Assembly (NCBI RefSeq): GCF_030028105.1
Contig: NC_092371.1
Span: forward strand, 165,037,358-165,101,357
Direction: 5' to 3'
Source: Mobula birostris
Taxonomy: Eukaryota
Length of the DNA stretch: 64,000 bases
Part shown: piece by piece, positions 23,910 to 36,125 of the stretch
How the letters are laid out: each line of letters begins with the position of its first letter
How positions within the stretch are numbered: position 1 is the stretch's first letter
The notes under the pieces: generated by a model
What the model saw: the letters and a program-made list of their open reading frames with translations, nothing else
The model's database searches: none
What the model was told of the DNA's origin: nothing
Position numbers and translations under genes: made by a program

Positions 23910-25201
23910 CTACAGAGGAATAAAACAAACAGTTTGAAATTAAAGTTAAGTCGACAACTAGACCGTTTGGCAATAGAAAATAAAAATAAAAGCACATCTT
24001 GTACTCAATTTTCAAAGGACTATCCTTAGGATGATGACCTTGAAGAGAATGCAGTGCAAATTTACTAGAGTGCTAAAGAGATCAAGGCCTTCCATTTCAA
24101 ACAGCAACTAAGAAATTAGGTTTGATTGTCTTAGAGAAGGATGAATAGGTAAAGATTTGATGGAGATATTCAAAATTATGAGACAAAGCACTCTGTGTGG
24201 TCTTTTTTACCTGAAGTTTCTCTATTGCTCTGACCTATTTTCTTGAGTGGATGAAAACTGTGACTTAGTAATAAAAGCTATCAATTCTAAGTCACTTCCA
24301 AATCATTTGCCATTCCTTTATGTCACTTGGTCAATGGACAGAAATATATTGCAACCATTAAGGCAGTGCCAGGAAATGAAGAGATTCAAGGAGTAGATCT
24401 TTTAGAAAATGGAGGAGTGACATAACCCCAACAGGAGATAATATTATCAACACACTGGTGCAATGAAAGCACAGCACTATAAACATAGAAGGAGTAGCTC
24501 GCTCAGGCTACTGAGGAAGAATTGTAAAGGTAGAATAACTACTTCAGCTTCATCAACCAAGGGACATGAAGCAGGATTTTCTCTTGAAATTAAGTGGAGG
24601 AGAGAGGGAAAGTAATTTCCATGTAAATTATTTGCATATACAGAAGCCAATGGACAAAACCAGCAGAATCAGAAAAAGCAAGAAACAGAAATAACTACAA
24701 AATAGAAAGACTGAAAGAAGGAACATAAAACAAAAAGAAAGGATACCAAGAGCGGGTGGAAGAGTGAGTAAAAGGGAGAAGGAAAATTAATGTTTTGAAA
24801 ATCTAAGCACATCTTAAATGCCAGTATATTGAGTAGAGTCCCATGAAGATGCAGGGAATCATAACAAAACTAAAGAATGTTCATTAAAATTAAAACTAAG
24901 TAGATGAAGCTGCAGTGGTAGGAAATTGGCATTGATCAGCAATATCGCTTTCTAGTATATCACTGAAACATTTATACCTTTATTTACAAATGATTTGGCA
25001 AAATACAGATTAGTTTGTCAGTATGATGAGGCAGAAGTTCTTAAGTTATCAGTACATAATTGGGGAGAAGACATTTGTGTAATGTGATTACAAACTAAAA
25101 AGAGCAGAAAGTAAATAGAGGAGAGGGAAAACAAAACAGCCAGTCAGGAAGAAAAACTAATAGTCAAGTCAAAGTTGACATTTCATTATAAAAATGAATA
25201 C

Positions 25202-25819
25202 CTTCAATGTTTGAGTCAAAGTTTGACAATCTTCAATATTCTTTTGGAATAATCCAAGAACTTTCTTTTTTTGAAGCCATAATATATCCTCCAATACTGT
25301 ATAACTGAGTGAACTTCTTACAGAGCCAATCACTTCTTCATGGCAATCACTCTCAGAGTCATCACATTCCTTCCTGACTGAAACTTGCAAATGATGGTCA
25401 CTAGCGGTCTTTGACAAGCAGAGGGTGAGAGACAAAATGTTATCTGGAAATACTTGGCCTTCTGGAAGTTGGAGGGTGAACTGATTTAACTCTGCTCGCC
25501 ACTCTTTACCTGGATGGCATGGTGAGATAGTGAGACTGGGAGGTGCAGAGGTACTTGACAGGAAGGCCCCCCCTTCATCCTCAATCTCAGTCACAGTGGA
25601 GATGTTTGATGATTCATTCAATTTCAAACTGCTCAACAGGAGAGACCCTGCCTCCCCCTGTTCTGGAAAATTTGTGTCTGCAGCCTCGGGATTGTTGCTG
25701 CTATCTGTTACAGCAAGTGTTTGGAGCTGCTTCAAGTCATCACACATGTTCCAACTAAGCCTTTTCTTTGCTTCCTCATCTACCCGCGTGGGGGCTGTTC
25801 GTTTCCTTCGGTTGCTCAT
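25202..25819 (-). CDS. SHPRH: SHPRH first coding exon (exon starts at 25848; E3 ubiquitin ligase / SNF2 helicase SHPRH N-terminus)
   Basis: MSNRRKRTAPTRVDEEAKKRLSWNM matches the SHPRH N-terminus; ..LEDILWLQKKKVLGLFQ; acceptor ttgtttcag| before 25848; donor TTGAAG|gtattc; 618 nt. Confidence 0.93.
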
Positions 25820-26039
25820 TGTAGAGCACGTATGGAGCCGGTTTGCAGCTGAAACAAGAATATGAACAACATTCTCAGTAAAAAGGTTGTCTGATGAATC
25901 CCATTATTACTTTCAAAACAGGAAAAACGCAGCAGACCATTTAATACCCATAATCTCCCTCTGCTATTCAATTAGATCGTGACTAATTTGTATTTTAATT
26001 TCAATTTGCTTGCATAATCCTAATATATTTCAGACCCAA

Positions 26040-26412
26040 AAACAGTTAATACCCCTCAACCATCAGGCTCTTGAACCAGAGGGGATAACTTCTCTTAACT
26101 TCATTCAAACCAACACTGAACTGTTTCCATAATCTATGGACTCACTTTCAAGGACTCTGCACCTCACATTCTTGATAGTTACATTTTACTTATTTATTGA
26201 TATTATATTTTTCTTTTTTTCTTTTTGTATTTGCAGTTTGCTGTCTTTTGTACATTGGCTGTTTGTGTATCTTGTTATGTGCAGGCTTTCACTGATCCTA
26301 TTGTTTTCTTTATATTTACTGTGATTGCCCGCAATAAAATGAATCTCAGGGTTGTATATAGTGACATACATGTACTTTGACTATAAACTTACTTCAAGCT
26401 TTTTGAACTTTG
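26040..26412 (+). mobile_element. Rex/Babar-type LINE 3' tail
   Basis: acagttaatacccctcaaccatcaggctcttgaac ... gaatctcagggttgtatatagtgacatacatgtactttga; related tails at 15130-15450 and 30780-31045. Confidence 0.75.
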
Positions 26413-27690
26413 AATATCTTTACTTCAGAAAAATCTAACTTCACCGCGACAAACATTTAACATTCATAAAAAAAAAATCATAGGTCATCTCACAGCTTGA
26501 AAAATACTTTGAAATACTGAGCAAATAACAGAATTTAAAGTACATAGAGAGGCCAGATAGTGCATCTGGTCTGTACTGCTGTACATCTTCCAGGCCAGCC
26601 ATCTTGTACAGATCTTTATTTAACCTGCACATCACTCTAGATATAAATCCATCCCAATAGCTTCCATTCTTATTCATGTTTTTCTCCAGCTTTTCCTCTG
26701 AAGCATCTATACCCTATAGCCAAAAGCCACATGTGATGTTTCAATGAAGTAAAATGACAATCTTACCTCTTTACAATTGAAAATGGGAACATATCCAGCA
26801 CTCCTAAATGGCCTGTTGTTATATTTTCTTTCTAAGATGTGCCAGAATTCAACCCAAACTACAAATGTGGTCAAATTAGAGTGTGGTATGGTCATAGTAA
26901 AATATTGCCTCCTTTTACAATTATTTAATTTTAATGGCTAACATTCTATTACTTTTTTTTATTATTTTAGATCCATCTACAACATCTTAGACAAATATAC
27001 ACAATGCCAGAAAATCCTAGTAGGTAGGAAACATCTGTGGGGAGGGAAAGTCTCAATATTTGATCTCAAAGACTTTTCATTTCACACACCTGGTCAGACT
27101 GAACTTTGAGTACAAGTAACAGAGAATGATCCTTTTTGATGCAAAGTAGACAACTTTAAATCATGCCACCACAACATTTTTTTGTTTCATGAACCATGTT
27201 ATCACTATACTTCTGTTTGTAACATTTTGCTTGTCTTTATTTACTGTGTGCCATTGCCGTTAACAAACTTGGATTCATAGCACTCTGTTGTGCTGTCCAG
27301 TTCATTAATAGTTCTATATATCGTGAGGGCTGAAGAGGACTTCGATGCAGAGGGATTTGCTGTCCTGATGATTCCCTTGCATGCAAGTCACGTAATTGTG
27401 AGAGCTGATACTGTTACCTTTCATTGCCTAGAGAATTGTATCTGGATAAAACATGGGCGAGGGTGTGGACTATGTTTCATTTGCACAGGACATTGCTGCC
27501 ATTTTCCATGTGGGTGATCTGTTAGTTTTTGTGTGAGGGAGGGGGTTGGGAGTTTAGGGGTTGCGAGTTTTTGTTTTCTTTTTCTTTTTGTGCAGGGGAG
27601 CTGATGTCTTTCCTTTTGATGACTTCCATGGTTTTTCATTATTTTGTGGCTATCTGGAGAAGACGAATCTCAGAGTTGTATCCTGCATAC

Positions 27691-29348
27691 ATAGAAACAT
27701 AGAAAACCTACAGCACAATACAGGCCCTTCAGCCTACAAAGCTGTGCCGAACATGTCCTTACCCTAGAAATTACCTAGGGTTACCCATAGCCCTCTATTT
27801 TTCTAAGCTCCATGTACCTATCCAGGAGTCTTTTAAAAAACCTTATCGTACCCGCTTCCACCACTGTCGCTGGCAGCCCATTCCACGCACTCACCACACT
27901 CTGCGTAAAGAACTTACCCCTGACATTTCCTCTGTTCCTACTTCCAAGCGCCTTAAAACTGTGCCCTCCCGAGCTAGCCATTTCAGCCCTGGGAAAAAGC
28001 CTCTGACTATCCACACGATCAATGCCTCTCATCATCTTATACACCTCTATCAGGTCACCTCTCATCCTCCATCGCTCCAAGAAGAAAAGGCCAAGTTCAC
28101 TCAACCTATTCTCATAAGGCATGCTCCCCAATCCAAGCAACATCCTTGTAAATCTCCTCTGCACCCTTTCTATGGTTTCCACATCCTTCCTGAGGTGAGG
28201 TGACCAGAACTGAGCACAGTACTCCAAGTGGGGTCTGACCAGGGTCCTATATAGCTGTAACATTACTTCTCTGCTCCAAAACTCAATCCCATGATTGATG
28301 AAGGCCAATGCACCGTATGCTTTCTTAACCACAGTCAACCTGCGTAGCAGCTTTGAGTGTCCTATCGACTCGGACCCCAAGATCCCTCTGATCCTCCACA
28401 CTGCCAACACTCTTACCATTAATACTATATTTTGCCATCATACTTGACCTACCAAAATGAACCACCTCACATTTATCTGGGTTGAACTTCATCTGCCACT
28501 TCTCAGCCCAGTTTTGCATCCTATCAATGTCCCGCTGTAAACTCTGACAGCCCTCTACACCCCCAACCTTTGTGTCATCAGCATATTTACTAACCCATCC
28601 CTCCACTTCCTCATCCAGGTCATTTATAAAAATTACAGAGCAGTCCCAAAACAGATCCCTGAGGCACACCACTGGTCACCAACCTCCATGCAGAATAATG
28701 ATGCGTCTACAACCACTCTTTGCCTTTTGTGGGCAAGCCAGTTCTGGATCAACAAAGCAATGTCCCCTTGGATCCCATGCCTCCTTACTTTCTCAATAAG
28801 CCTTGCATGAGGTACCTTGTCAAATGCCTTGCTGAAATCCATATATACTAAATCTACTGGTCTACCTTCATCAATGCGTTTAGTCACATCCTCAAAAAAT
28901 TCAATCAGGCTCGTAAGGCACACTGACTATTCCTAATTATTCTCCAAATGTTCATAAATGTTCATAAATCCTGCCTCTCAGGATCTTCTCCATTAACTTA
29001 CCAACCTCTGAAGTAAGGCTCACTGGTCTATAATTTCCTAGGCTATCTCTACTCCCTTACTTGAATAAAGGAACAACAACCGCAACCCTCCAATCCTCTA
29101 GAACCTCTCCCATCCCCATTGAACAGAGGCTCAGCAATCTCCTCCCTCACCTCCCACAGTAGCCTGGGGTACATCTTGTCTGGTCCCGGTGACTTATCAA
29201 ATTTGATGCTTTCCAAAAGCTCCAGCACATCCTCTTTCTTAATATCTGTATCTTCAACCTTTTCAGTCCACCATAAGTCATCCCTACAATCGCCAAGATC
29301 CTTTTCTGTAGTGAATACTGAAGCAAAGTATCTCTGCTATCTCCTCCT
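27691..29348 (-). mobile_element. Relatively young 5'-truncated CR1 LINE
   Basis: RT YMDFSKAFDKVPH, SKYADDTKVGG and long C-terminal ORF 27781-28419; 3' (ttctatgt)n repeat; flanking catac duplication (27686-27690 / 29349-29353) inside a Rex-type tail. Confidence 0.92.
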
Positions 29349-29609
29349 CATACTCTAATAATAAAATAAACCTTTGAATCTTTGACATTGGTGGAGAACA
29401 CCTCCAAAGAACTATGCACAGAATTTGTTTCCTTATTTAAGGAGGATGTTATTATATTCAACAAAGATAGACTTGATGAATATCTGAATTAGACAAGTTG
29501 CCCTATGATGAAAAGTTAGACAGGTTACTGGAGTTTAGAAGAGTGGGAAAAGACCTCATTCCAATATATAAGATCCTTATACTATATCACTAGAGACTAT
29601 ATAGGGTAA

Positions 29610-30125
29610 GAAGTTCAAGTTTATTGTCATTCAACAGTTTAAGTGTATACCGTCATACGAAAGTTCCTCCACACCAAGGTGCACAATATAGTACATATAA
29701 CTCAACCACAACATAATGCAATATTACCACAAATAATAAGGTGCATTTACAACACAAGTCAAAAAGTACAGAGTATATACCACCTGCACTTCATACGTGA
29801 TGAGACCTATGTGGTGACAGGGAGTTCAGTGGTTTCACAGCCTGGGGGAAGAAGCCGTTTCCATCCTAGCAATCTTGTCCTGATGCTACAGTACCTCCAG
29901 CCTGATGGTTGGGGTCAAAGAGATTGAAGGATGGGCAGTAAGGATCCCTGACAATGCTAAGAGCCCTGCATACACAGCACTCGTGACAGAAATATCTCGG
30001 ATGGGTAGAAGAGAGACCCTGATGATCCTCTCAGCAGCCCTTGCAATCCTTCGTAAAGCCTTGCAGTCAGATGCCTTGCAATTCCCATACCAGACAGTGA
30101 TGCAATTGGTAAGGACACTCACAGT
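29610..30125 (-). mobile_element. Rex/Babar-type LINE 3' fragment
   Basis: SVLTNCITVWYGNCKASDCKALRRIARAAERII (29886-30122). Confidence 0.8.
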
Positions 30126-31431
30126 GTTCCAAAATGATCGGAATGAAAATGGTTGGAATCAGTTTGTTGCCCTGAGATATCACTGAACACCTCAAAGCAG
30201 TTCATGCTTACTAATTTAAAATCAGTTTCTACTCTGAAACGAAATGCACAGTATAAAACAAAACAAAATGGGAACAAGTGCCCAAAGATACTAATCTATC
30301 AAATTTAACCTGGAGCATTTTCACATTAAATAATGCCTGTTACTTAAAAAGCTATGTCTCTCAGTCTTGTAATGTTAAACAGTTCTTAATAAGTTCAGCA
30401 ACAAATAAAAGCTTCAGTATTTTAAATTTACCTGATTAGAAGCAAATAATCCTCCTGCTTGTTTGAAAACCAGTTGGGAAAACAATGGAATTCTTTTTAC
30501 ATGATGAATACTGCCATAGATGTCCGATTGGAGTAAAACAACTTCTTTTCATGCATACTGGAAAATCACAGGTGCAATATGCATTCAGCCTGCATCATCA
30601 CCCTTCCACTATGATCATAGATAGCTGTGAAGTAAGAAATTAAAGTCATGCACAGGCTTTGCTGCAACTTTTTTTTTAACATCTGCAGGTTAAACTTTTT
30701 ATCTTAATAAAGCAGACAGGGAGCAGAAGATTTAATCAGAGGTCAATTTTTATAGTAAAATTTAACAAATTAGTTCACTTCCCTACATCCATCATCAGGG
30801 ACTCCAGCCACCCAGGACGTGGACATGATGGCTTCATCTCATGTTCTCGATATTCATTGTTTATTTATTAATTACTATTTCTCTTTTTTTGTATTTGCAT
30901 AGTTTGCCTTTTGCACACGTTGAATATCCAAGTTGGTGCAGTCTTTCATTGACTCTGTTATGTTTACTATTCTATAGATTTATTGAGTAGCGGTTGTATA
31001 TGTAACATATATGTACTTTGATAATACATTTACTTTTAATTTTGAACACCAACCGTTTATCATTAGTTTTGAAAAGAATATACCAAACGTTTTTTTATAG
31101 CAGAAAGCACAAGGGAACAAATCTGTATAATTTCGTGACAGATTGTCACAACACACTTTCAATTCCTAAGGTACAGTTGAAATGCATGAAATACATTAGC
31201 GTTGAGTTAAACTTTTGACGGGCAACTTCTCCATCCAGTGGAGAACGAAAATGCGGGGCAGTTTAACATCAGATGCGAAAGGTAGCCCCGTGGACAATGA
31301 AACGATCCCTGTGCCATACGAAAAGCCTCATGATAGTTGTTGAGCCAGACTCAAAGCAGCGCTTCTTTCCTCGTCCGCATCCCCCCCCCCCCCGTCATCT
31401 TGTTCTACTACTTGTTAAAATTGTTACTTAC

Positions 31432-31540
31432 GAAGCGTTGCGATGATTGTAAATCGACGTTCTGCCCTGTAACCATGGTGACTGCGGCCTGCAACAGTTA
31501 GACCTCGGCACCAGCCAGGGATAATCTTCCCGGAAGTCGG
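31432..31540 (-). other. SHPRH: Predicted SHPRH first exon (5' UTR; TSS approximate)
   Basis: Strong minus-strand donor CGCTTC|gtaagtaac at 31431 inside the CpG-rich promoter; the first coding exon has an acceptor and needs an upstream exon. Confidence 0.65.
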
Positions 31541-31585
31541 GTGCTTCCTCCCGGAAGTTGGCTGACCCAGCATTCTTCGCGGCCA
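31500..31585. promoter_or_regulatory. Bidirectional CpG-island promoter SHPRH/NUP43 with tandem ETS (GABP-type) sites
   Basis: CCGGAAGT at 31530-31537 and 31551-31558; TTCCCGGAA (STAT-like) at 31527-31535; CpG-rich ~31350-31960; divergent first exons on either side. Confidence 0.75.
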
Positions 31586-31695
31586 TGCATGGCCGGTTTG
31601 TGTCCCAGAAGATCAGCCGAACGCGCTGGCGGCCGGAGCCCGGCTCCAGTTTACGGCCGCCAGAATGTCTCGCCACCGGCTCCTGGGATGCGGAG
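31585..31695 (+). CDS. NUP43: NUP43 exon 1 (nucleoporin Nup43, WD40)
   Basis: gccATGCATGGC..GCGGAG|gtacgt; MHGRFVSQKISRTRWRP..LATGSWDAE matches the Nup43 N-terminus; 111 nt. Confidence 0.93.
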
Positions 31696-31989
31696 GTACG
31701 TGGGCGTTGAGGCGGGAAAGTGGGAGTGTTTGTGTGGTGGAAGGAAACCAGGAGGCGATGAGGTGAGAAGTTTGAATGAGGGATGGAGGGGAGATTCGGC
31801 GCCAGTGGAGTGGAGGGGAGGGGATGCTTTCCCGGGGGCGGAGGAGAGGTAGGTGGGTGGGTGGGCGGGAAGATGCTTTCCCAGCAGTGGAGGGGAGGTG
31901 AGTGATGCTGCCCATGGGGAGGGAGGGATCCTGGGAGAGACACTGAGTGCCTCGGCAACCTTGCAGCACCTGGTCTATAGCTTTCTGCC

Positions 31990-32440
31990 AGAGTGCAGAT
32001 GCAGATGCTACTCTAACAATAAGCCTTTATAGCAATAAAGACCTTCGTGGGTGTTTATGGTGAGAAACACTTTGGACTCTTCTTCCTTGTCCAACTGTTG
32101 GTAGACCTCAGATAAGTCTACTTTGCTGAAGTGTTTCCCTCTAGAAAGGTTTGCAAATATATCCTCTATCCTGGTAGAGGGTAATTGATCTACCTTCGGT
32201 ACTAGGTTGATGGTCATCTTGAAATTACCACAGGTCCTGACAGACCCATCCTTGTCTACTGGAGGACTGGCATTCCCCATAGGCTCCACTCAATCTTGGA
32301 AAGAATTCCTTCAGCCTCTGCGCTATCTAGCTCACCGGCTACATTATCACAAACATGCTCAATTCATTCTGTATACAGCAGCCTGTTATCTGTTGTGCAA
32401 TCGAACACGTCTTTCCTTTTTGATGTAGCCAGTCATTTCT
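31990..32440 (-). mobile_element. Gypsy/Ty3 LTR-retrotransposon RT fragment
   Basis: ORF 32008-32289 DGSVRTCGNFKMTIN..RIEDIFANLSRGKHFSKVDLSEVYQQ..LTINTHEGLY. Confidence 0.85.
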
Positions 32441-32859
32441 GCTTTTTTTCAAATTTATTTTTATTGTCACCCGATACTCACTGTTTATAAACCCACTACA
32501 GAAAAACATGTTGTGCTTCAACAGGTAGATAGTCGTCTTAAGTTCGTTTTAAAACTTCCTTATCACCATTGTTATGTTTTGTAACTCCAAAAAACTAATC
32601 CAAAAAAAAAAGTACGGGAGCTGGGAGTTGGATTACAACCAACACAACTTAATGAGGTGCTGGGTGCAGCTTGCGGGTGTTGCTGCTCATTCCAGTGCCA
32701 ACATAGCATGCCCACAATTTTCAGAAAAAAAACACAAGCAACACCTGTAACAAAATAATCCCCGTTCCTTTCTCCCACCCAAACAGACAGTCCTCCAGCT
32801 CCAGGATAGGCCACCTTCAGTCCCAAGCTAATGATGTGTTTTTTTTTCTCCCCAAGCAG

Positions 32860-32982
32860 CAGAACAAAGTGTGCCTTTGGGAGACACATGACATTGATAG
32901 CACTGAATCAGACCAGTTGCTTGTGGAGGACCCTGAACTGCTGTGTGAAATAAAGCACAATGGTGATGTCATGGATTTGCAG
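32860..32982 (+). CDS. NUP43: NUP43 exon 2
   Basis: Tandem acceptor aag/cag/cag; QNKVCLW..LLCEIKHNGDVMDLQ|gtaact; 123 nt using the middle AG. Confidence 0.9.
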
Positions 32983-33029
32983 GTAACTGGTCAAGTTTGA
33001 AAGAGATTGTGCATCTTATTTCTTTGAGG

Positions 33030-33845
33030 AAATAATAGGCAGGATAGATGAAGAAGAATCAGTGGAGTTTGTTTATTTGGATTTTCAGAAGACCTTTGAC
33101 AAGGCGCCACACATGAGGCTGCTTAACAAGGTATGAGCCCATAGTATTACAGGAAAGATACAAACAGATGGGCCAACTGGGAGGAAGCAATGAGTTGGAA
33201 TATAGGGGGCCTTTCTAGTTGGCTGCCAGTGACTAGTAGTGTGTCACTGCGACGGTGTTGGAATTGCTTCTTTTCATGTTGTATGTCAGTGATTCGGTTA
33301 AAAGAATTGATGGCTTTGTGGCCAAGTTTGCAGACGATACAAAGCTAGGTGGAGGAGCAGGTAGTGTTGAGGAAGCAGGGTGTCTGTAGAAGGACTTAGC
33401 CAGATAGGGGGAATGGGTAAAAAATTGGCAGATGGAATATAGTGTATGGCCGTGCACTTTGGTAGTAGGAGTAAAGGTGTGGACTATTTTCTAAATGGGG
33501 AAAAAATTCAAAAGTCAAAGATGTAAAGTTACTTGAGATTTCTTCTGCAGGATTCCCTGAAGGTTAACTTGCAGGTTGAGTGGGTGGTAAGGAAGGCAAA
33601 TGCACTGTTAACATTCATTTTGAGGGGACTACAAAAGCAAGGATGTAATGCTGAGGCTTTATAAGGCATTGGTCACACCGCACTTTGAGTATTGAGAGCA
33701 GTTTTAAGCACCCATCTAAGAAAAGATCTCCTGCATTGGAGAGAGTCCAGAGGAAGTTCATGAGCATTATCCCAGTAATGAAAGGGTTAACATGAGCAAA
33801 TGATGTGTTTGGGCCTGTATTGGCTGGAGTTTAGAAGAATGAGGT
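33030..33845 (+). mobile_element. CR1 RT remnant
   Basis: ttggattttcagaagacctttgacaagg (LDFQKxFDK), aagtttgcagacgatacaaag (KFADDTK); frameshifted. Confidence 0.8.
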
Positions 33846-34029
33846 GGAGAAATAAGATACAAAGCATGTGCCTTCATTATCAGTTCAATTTTACATTTTG
33901 TGCACGTGGGTTATATTTGTGTCTATACACCTGATCCCCACTGGTGCTGTAATTTTATGCCAACTCTTATCTATCATACTGTCCAACCACTGTCAATGTA
34001 TAAAGGCAATGGTTTGTCTTTTTTTGTAG

Positions 34030-34107
34030 TTTCTGGATCAGGAGAGGATCGTCACTGCTTCATCTACGGGAAGTGTGACTGTGTTCCGACATCATCCGAA
34101 CAACCAG
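34030..34107 (+). CDS. NUP43: NUP43 exon 3
   Basis: ttgtag|TTTCTG..AACCAG|gtaatg; FLDQERIVTASSTGSVTVFRHHPNNQ; 78 nt. Confidence 0.93.
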
Positions 34108-34889
34108 GTAATGTTACTAAATCATGGCATTTTTTTGTCATGAAATCCAAATAGTCTCTGAAATTAAAGCAAGTTCATTGTTATGGGCATACAGGCCAGC
34201 AGAAAGTTAGCTATCTGCAGCAGTACAGTACCTTACAACATGGCAAGCATGAATTGCATTAACTTAATGTAAATTATTCAGAACTTGCATGATTTAAAGG
34301 ATAAATATAAATGACATGAGTACAAGTTAAGGGAAGTATATTCTGGGGTAGAGTTGGGGCTTTTGTTAGATTGATTCAATAATTTGATGGCAGTGGGGAA
34401 AAGGCTGTTGCTGAACTTTGAGTTGTGTGTCTTCAGGCTCCTGTACCTCCTGCATAATGACAGCAATGAGATGCCCAGTTGTTAAGTCTCCCTATTGATG
34501 GATAACACCTTCCTGAGACATTGCCTCTTGTATTTGTTCTTGCAACTGTAACCGTGATGGAACTGGTCGAGTTCATCACTCTTGCACTCCTGTGCATTCG
34601 TTTCCATACCAGGCCACAATGCAACCAGTCAGAATGTAGAAGTATTTCAGAGGTTTTTGATGACATGCAGAATCTTGTAAACCTCTCAAAACGTAGAGGT
34701 GCTTGTATGCCGCCTTCATCCTGGCATCTGTGTGCTGGCCCATAGTAGATTCTCTGAGATCTAGGCACCCACTAAAAGAAAATCTTATCACATTACTCTT
34801 AACGTGGTTCTGTACTTTGTCTTATAAAGATCCTGTATCATTTGAAATTTAGTTTTAAAAAAACATTTAATTGCTAAAGAAAGAAAGAA

Positions 34890-35212
34890 AGAACTGGTTC
34901 CTCTCCTTCCCTCTATCCCATGGTCAATGGTTCTCTCCTGTTAGATTCTTCCCAGCCCTTCACCTGTTCTGCCTATCACCTCCCAATCTCTTGCAGTTCC
35001 TCCTCTCTCCCCCCCCCCCACACACACACACTTCGTTTCACTTATCACTTGTTAGCTTGTACTCCTACCCCTTCAGCAGCTTTTCCGGCATCTGCCCACT
35101 TCCTTTCCCGTCTTGACGCAGGGTCTTGGCTAAAACATTGACTGTTTATTTCCCTGTATGTAGATGCTGCCTGACCTGCTGAGTTTCTTCAGCACTTTTT
35201 CTGTGTTGCTAA
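34890..35212 (+). repeat. Penelope pLTR fragment with degenerate hammerhead
   Basis: Pyrimidine-rich pLTR body, cttgacgcagggtcttggctaaaacattgactg, gatgctgcctgacctgctgag. Confidence 0.7.
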
Positions 35213-35368
35213 ATAATCAGATCGTTCTGTTACAAACCAGAAATGACTGAATTTTTTTAAACTGAGTATACTATCTTCATCGTTTCTGTATTTTTTTTAT
35301 ATATTCACTAAAGCCAATATCATGCATGTTTTCAGAACACATTTTCTGATTGTTTTTTTTTCCTGTAG

Positions 35369-35531
35369 ACTCTTTCGGTCGCCCAGCATTGGGACCGGGT
35401 CCACTATCATTCCAATATCAGCACCCCCTGCACCAGCCTGGCTTGTAGTGGTCCTGAGATTATTACAGTTGGGGAAGATGGCCGAATCAACCATTTCCAA
35501 CTTGACTTAAAGGAACCAGTGCGGACTATAG
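35369..35531 (+). CDS. NUP43: NUP43 exon 4
   Basis: cctgtag|ACTCTT..ACTATAG|gtgggt; TLSVAQHW..PEIITVGEDGRINHF..EPVRTI; 163 nt, phase 0 to 1. Confidence 0.93.
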
Positions 35532-35765
35532 GTGGGTGAAGGAAAATGTGGCTGAGTTTAATAAGGAATCCTGCATAGCAGGACAAATCAAATACCAACA
35601 GGTGTGTTTAATATGCCTGGCTCCTCAGTGGGAAGGCATCAGTATGAGATGGGTTGGGAATGGGAGACTTCAGACTCAGAAGATAAGACATAGAACAGCA
35701 TAGTACCATAATGCTGTGCTGCCTTCAACGTATTCTAGAATCAGTTTAACACATCCCTCCCATAT

Positions 35766-36125
35766 GTGTCTGAAAAGAGGATGCTGTCCAAGTTGCATGC
35801 CATCTTGGACAATGTCTCCCATCCACTGCATAATGTACTGGTTGGGCACAGGAGTACATTCAGCCAGAGACTCATTTCACTGAGATGCAACACTGAGCAT
35901 CGCAGGATGTCATTCCTGCCTGTGGCCATCAAACTTTACAACTCCTCCCTTGGAGGGTCAGACACCCTGAGCCAACAGGCTGGTCCTGGACTTATTTCCA
36001 TCTGGTGTAATTTACATATTATTTAATTATTTATGGTTTTATATTGCTATATTTATACTCTATTCTTGGTTGGTGCAACTGTAACGAAACCCATTTTCCC
36101 TTGGGATCAATGAAGTATGACTATA
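35766..36125 (+). mobile_element. Young Rex/Babar-type LINE 3' end (sister copy 51840-52135)
   Basis: ILDNVSHPLH..STFSQRLI..RCNTEHRRMSFLPVAIKLYN; nearly identical block at 51840-52010. Confidence 0.8.

Noticed and set aside
31428-31969. Long ORFs (176, 118 and 103 aa) across the promoter
   Set aside because: Stop-poor GC-rich CpG-island sequence giving low-complexity translations; they overlap NUP43 exon 1
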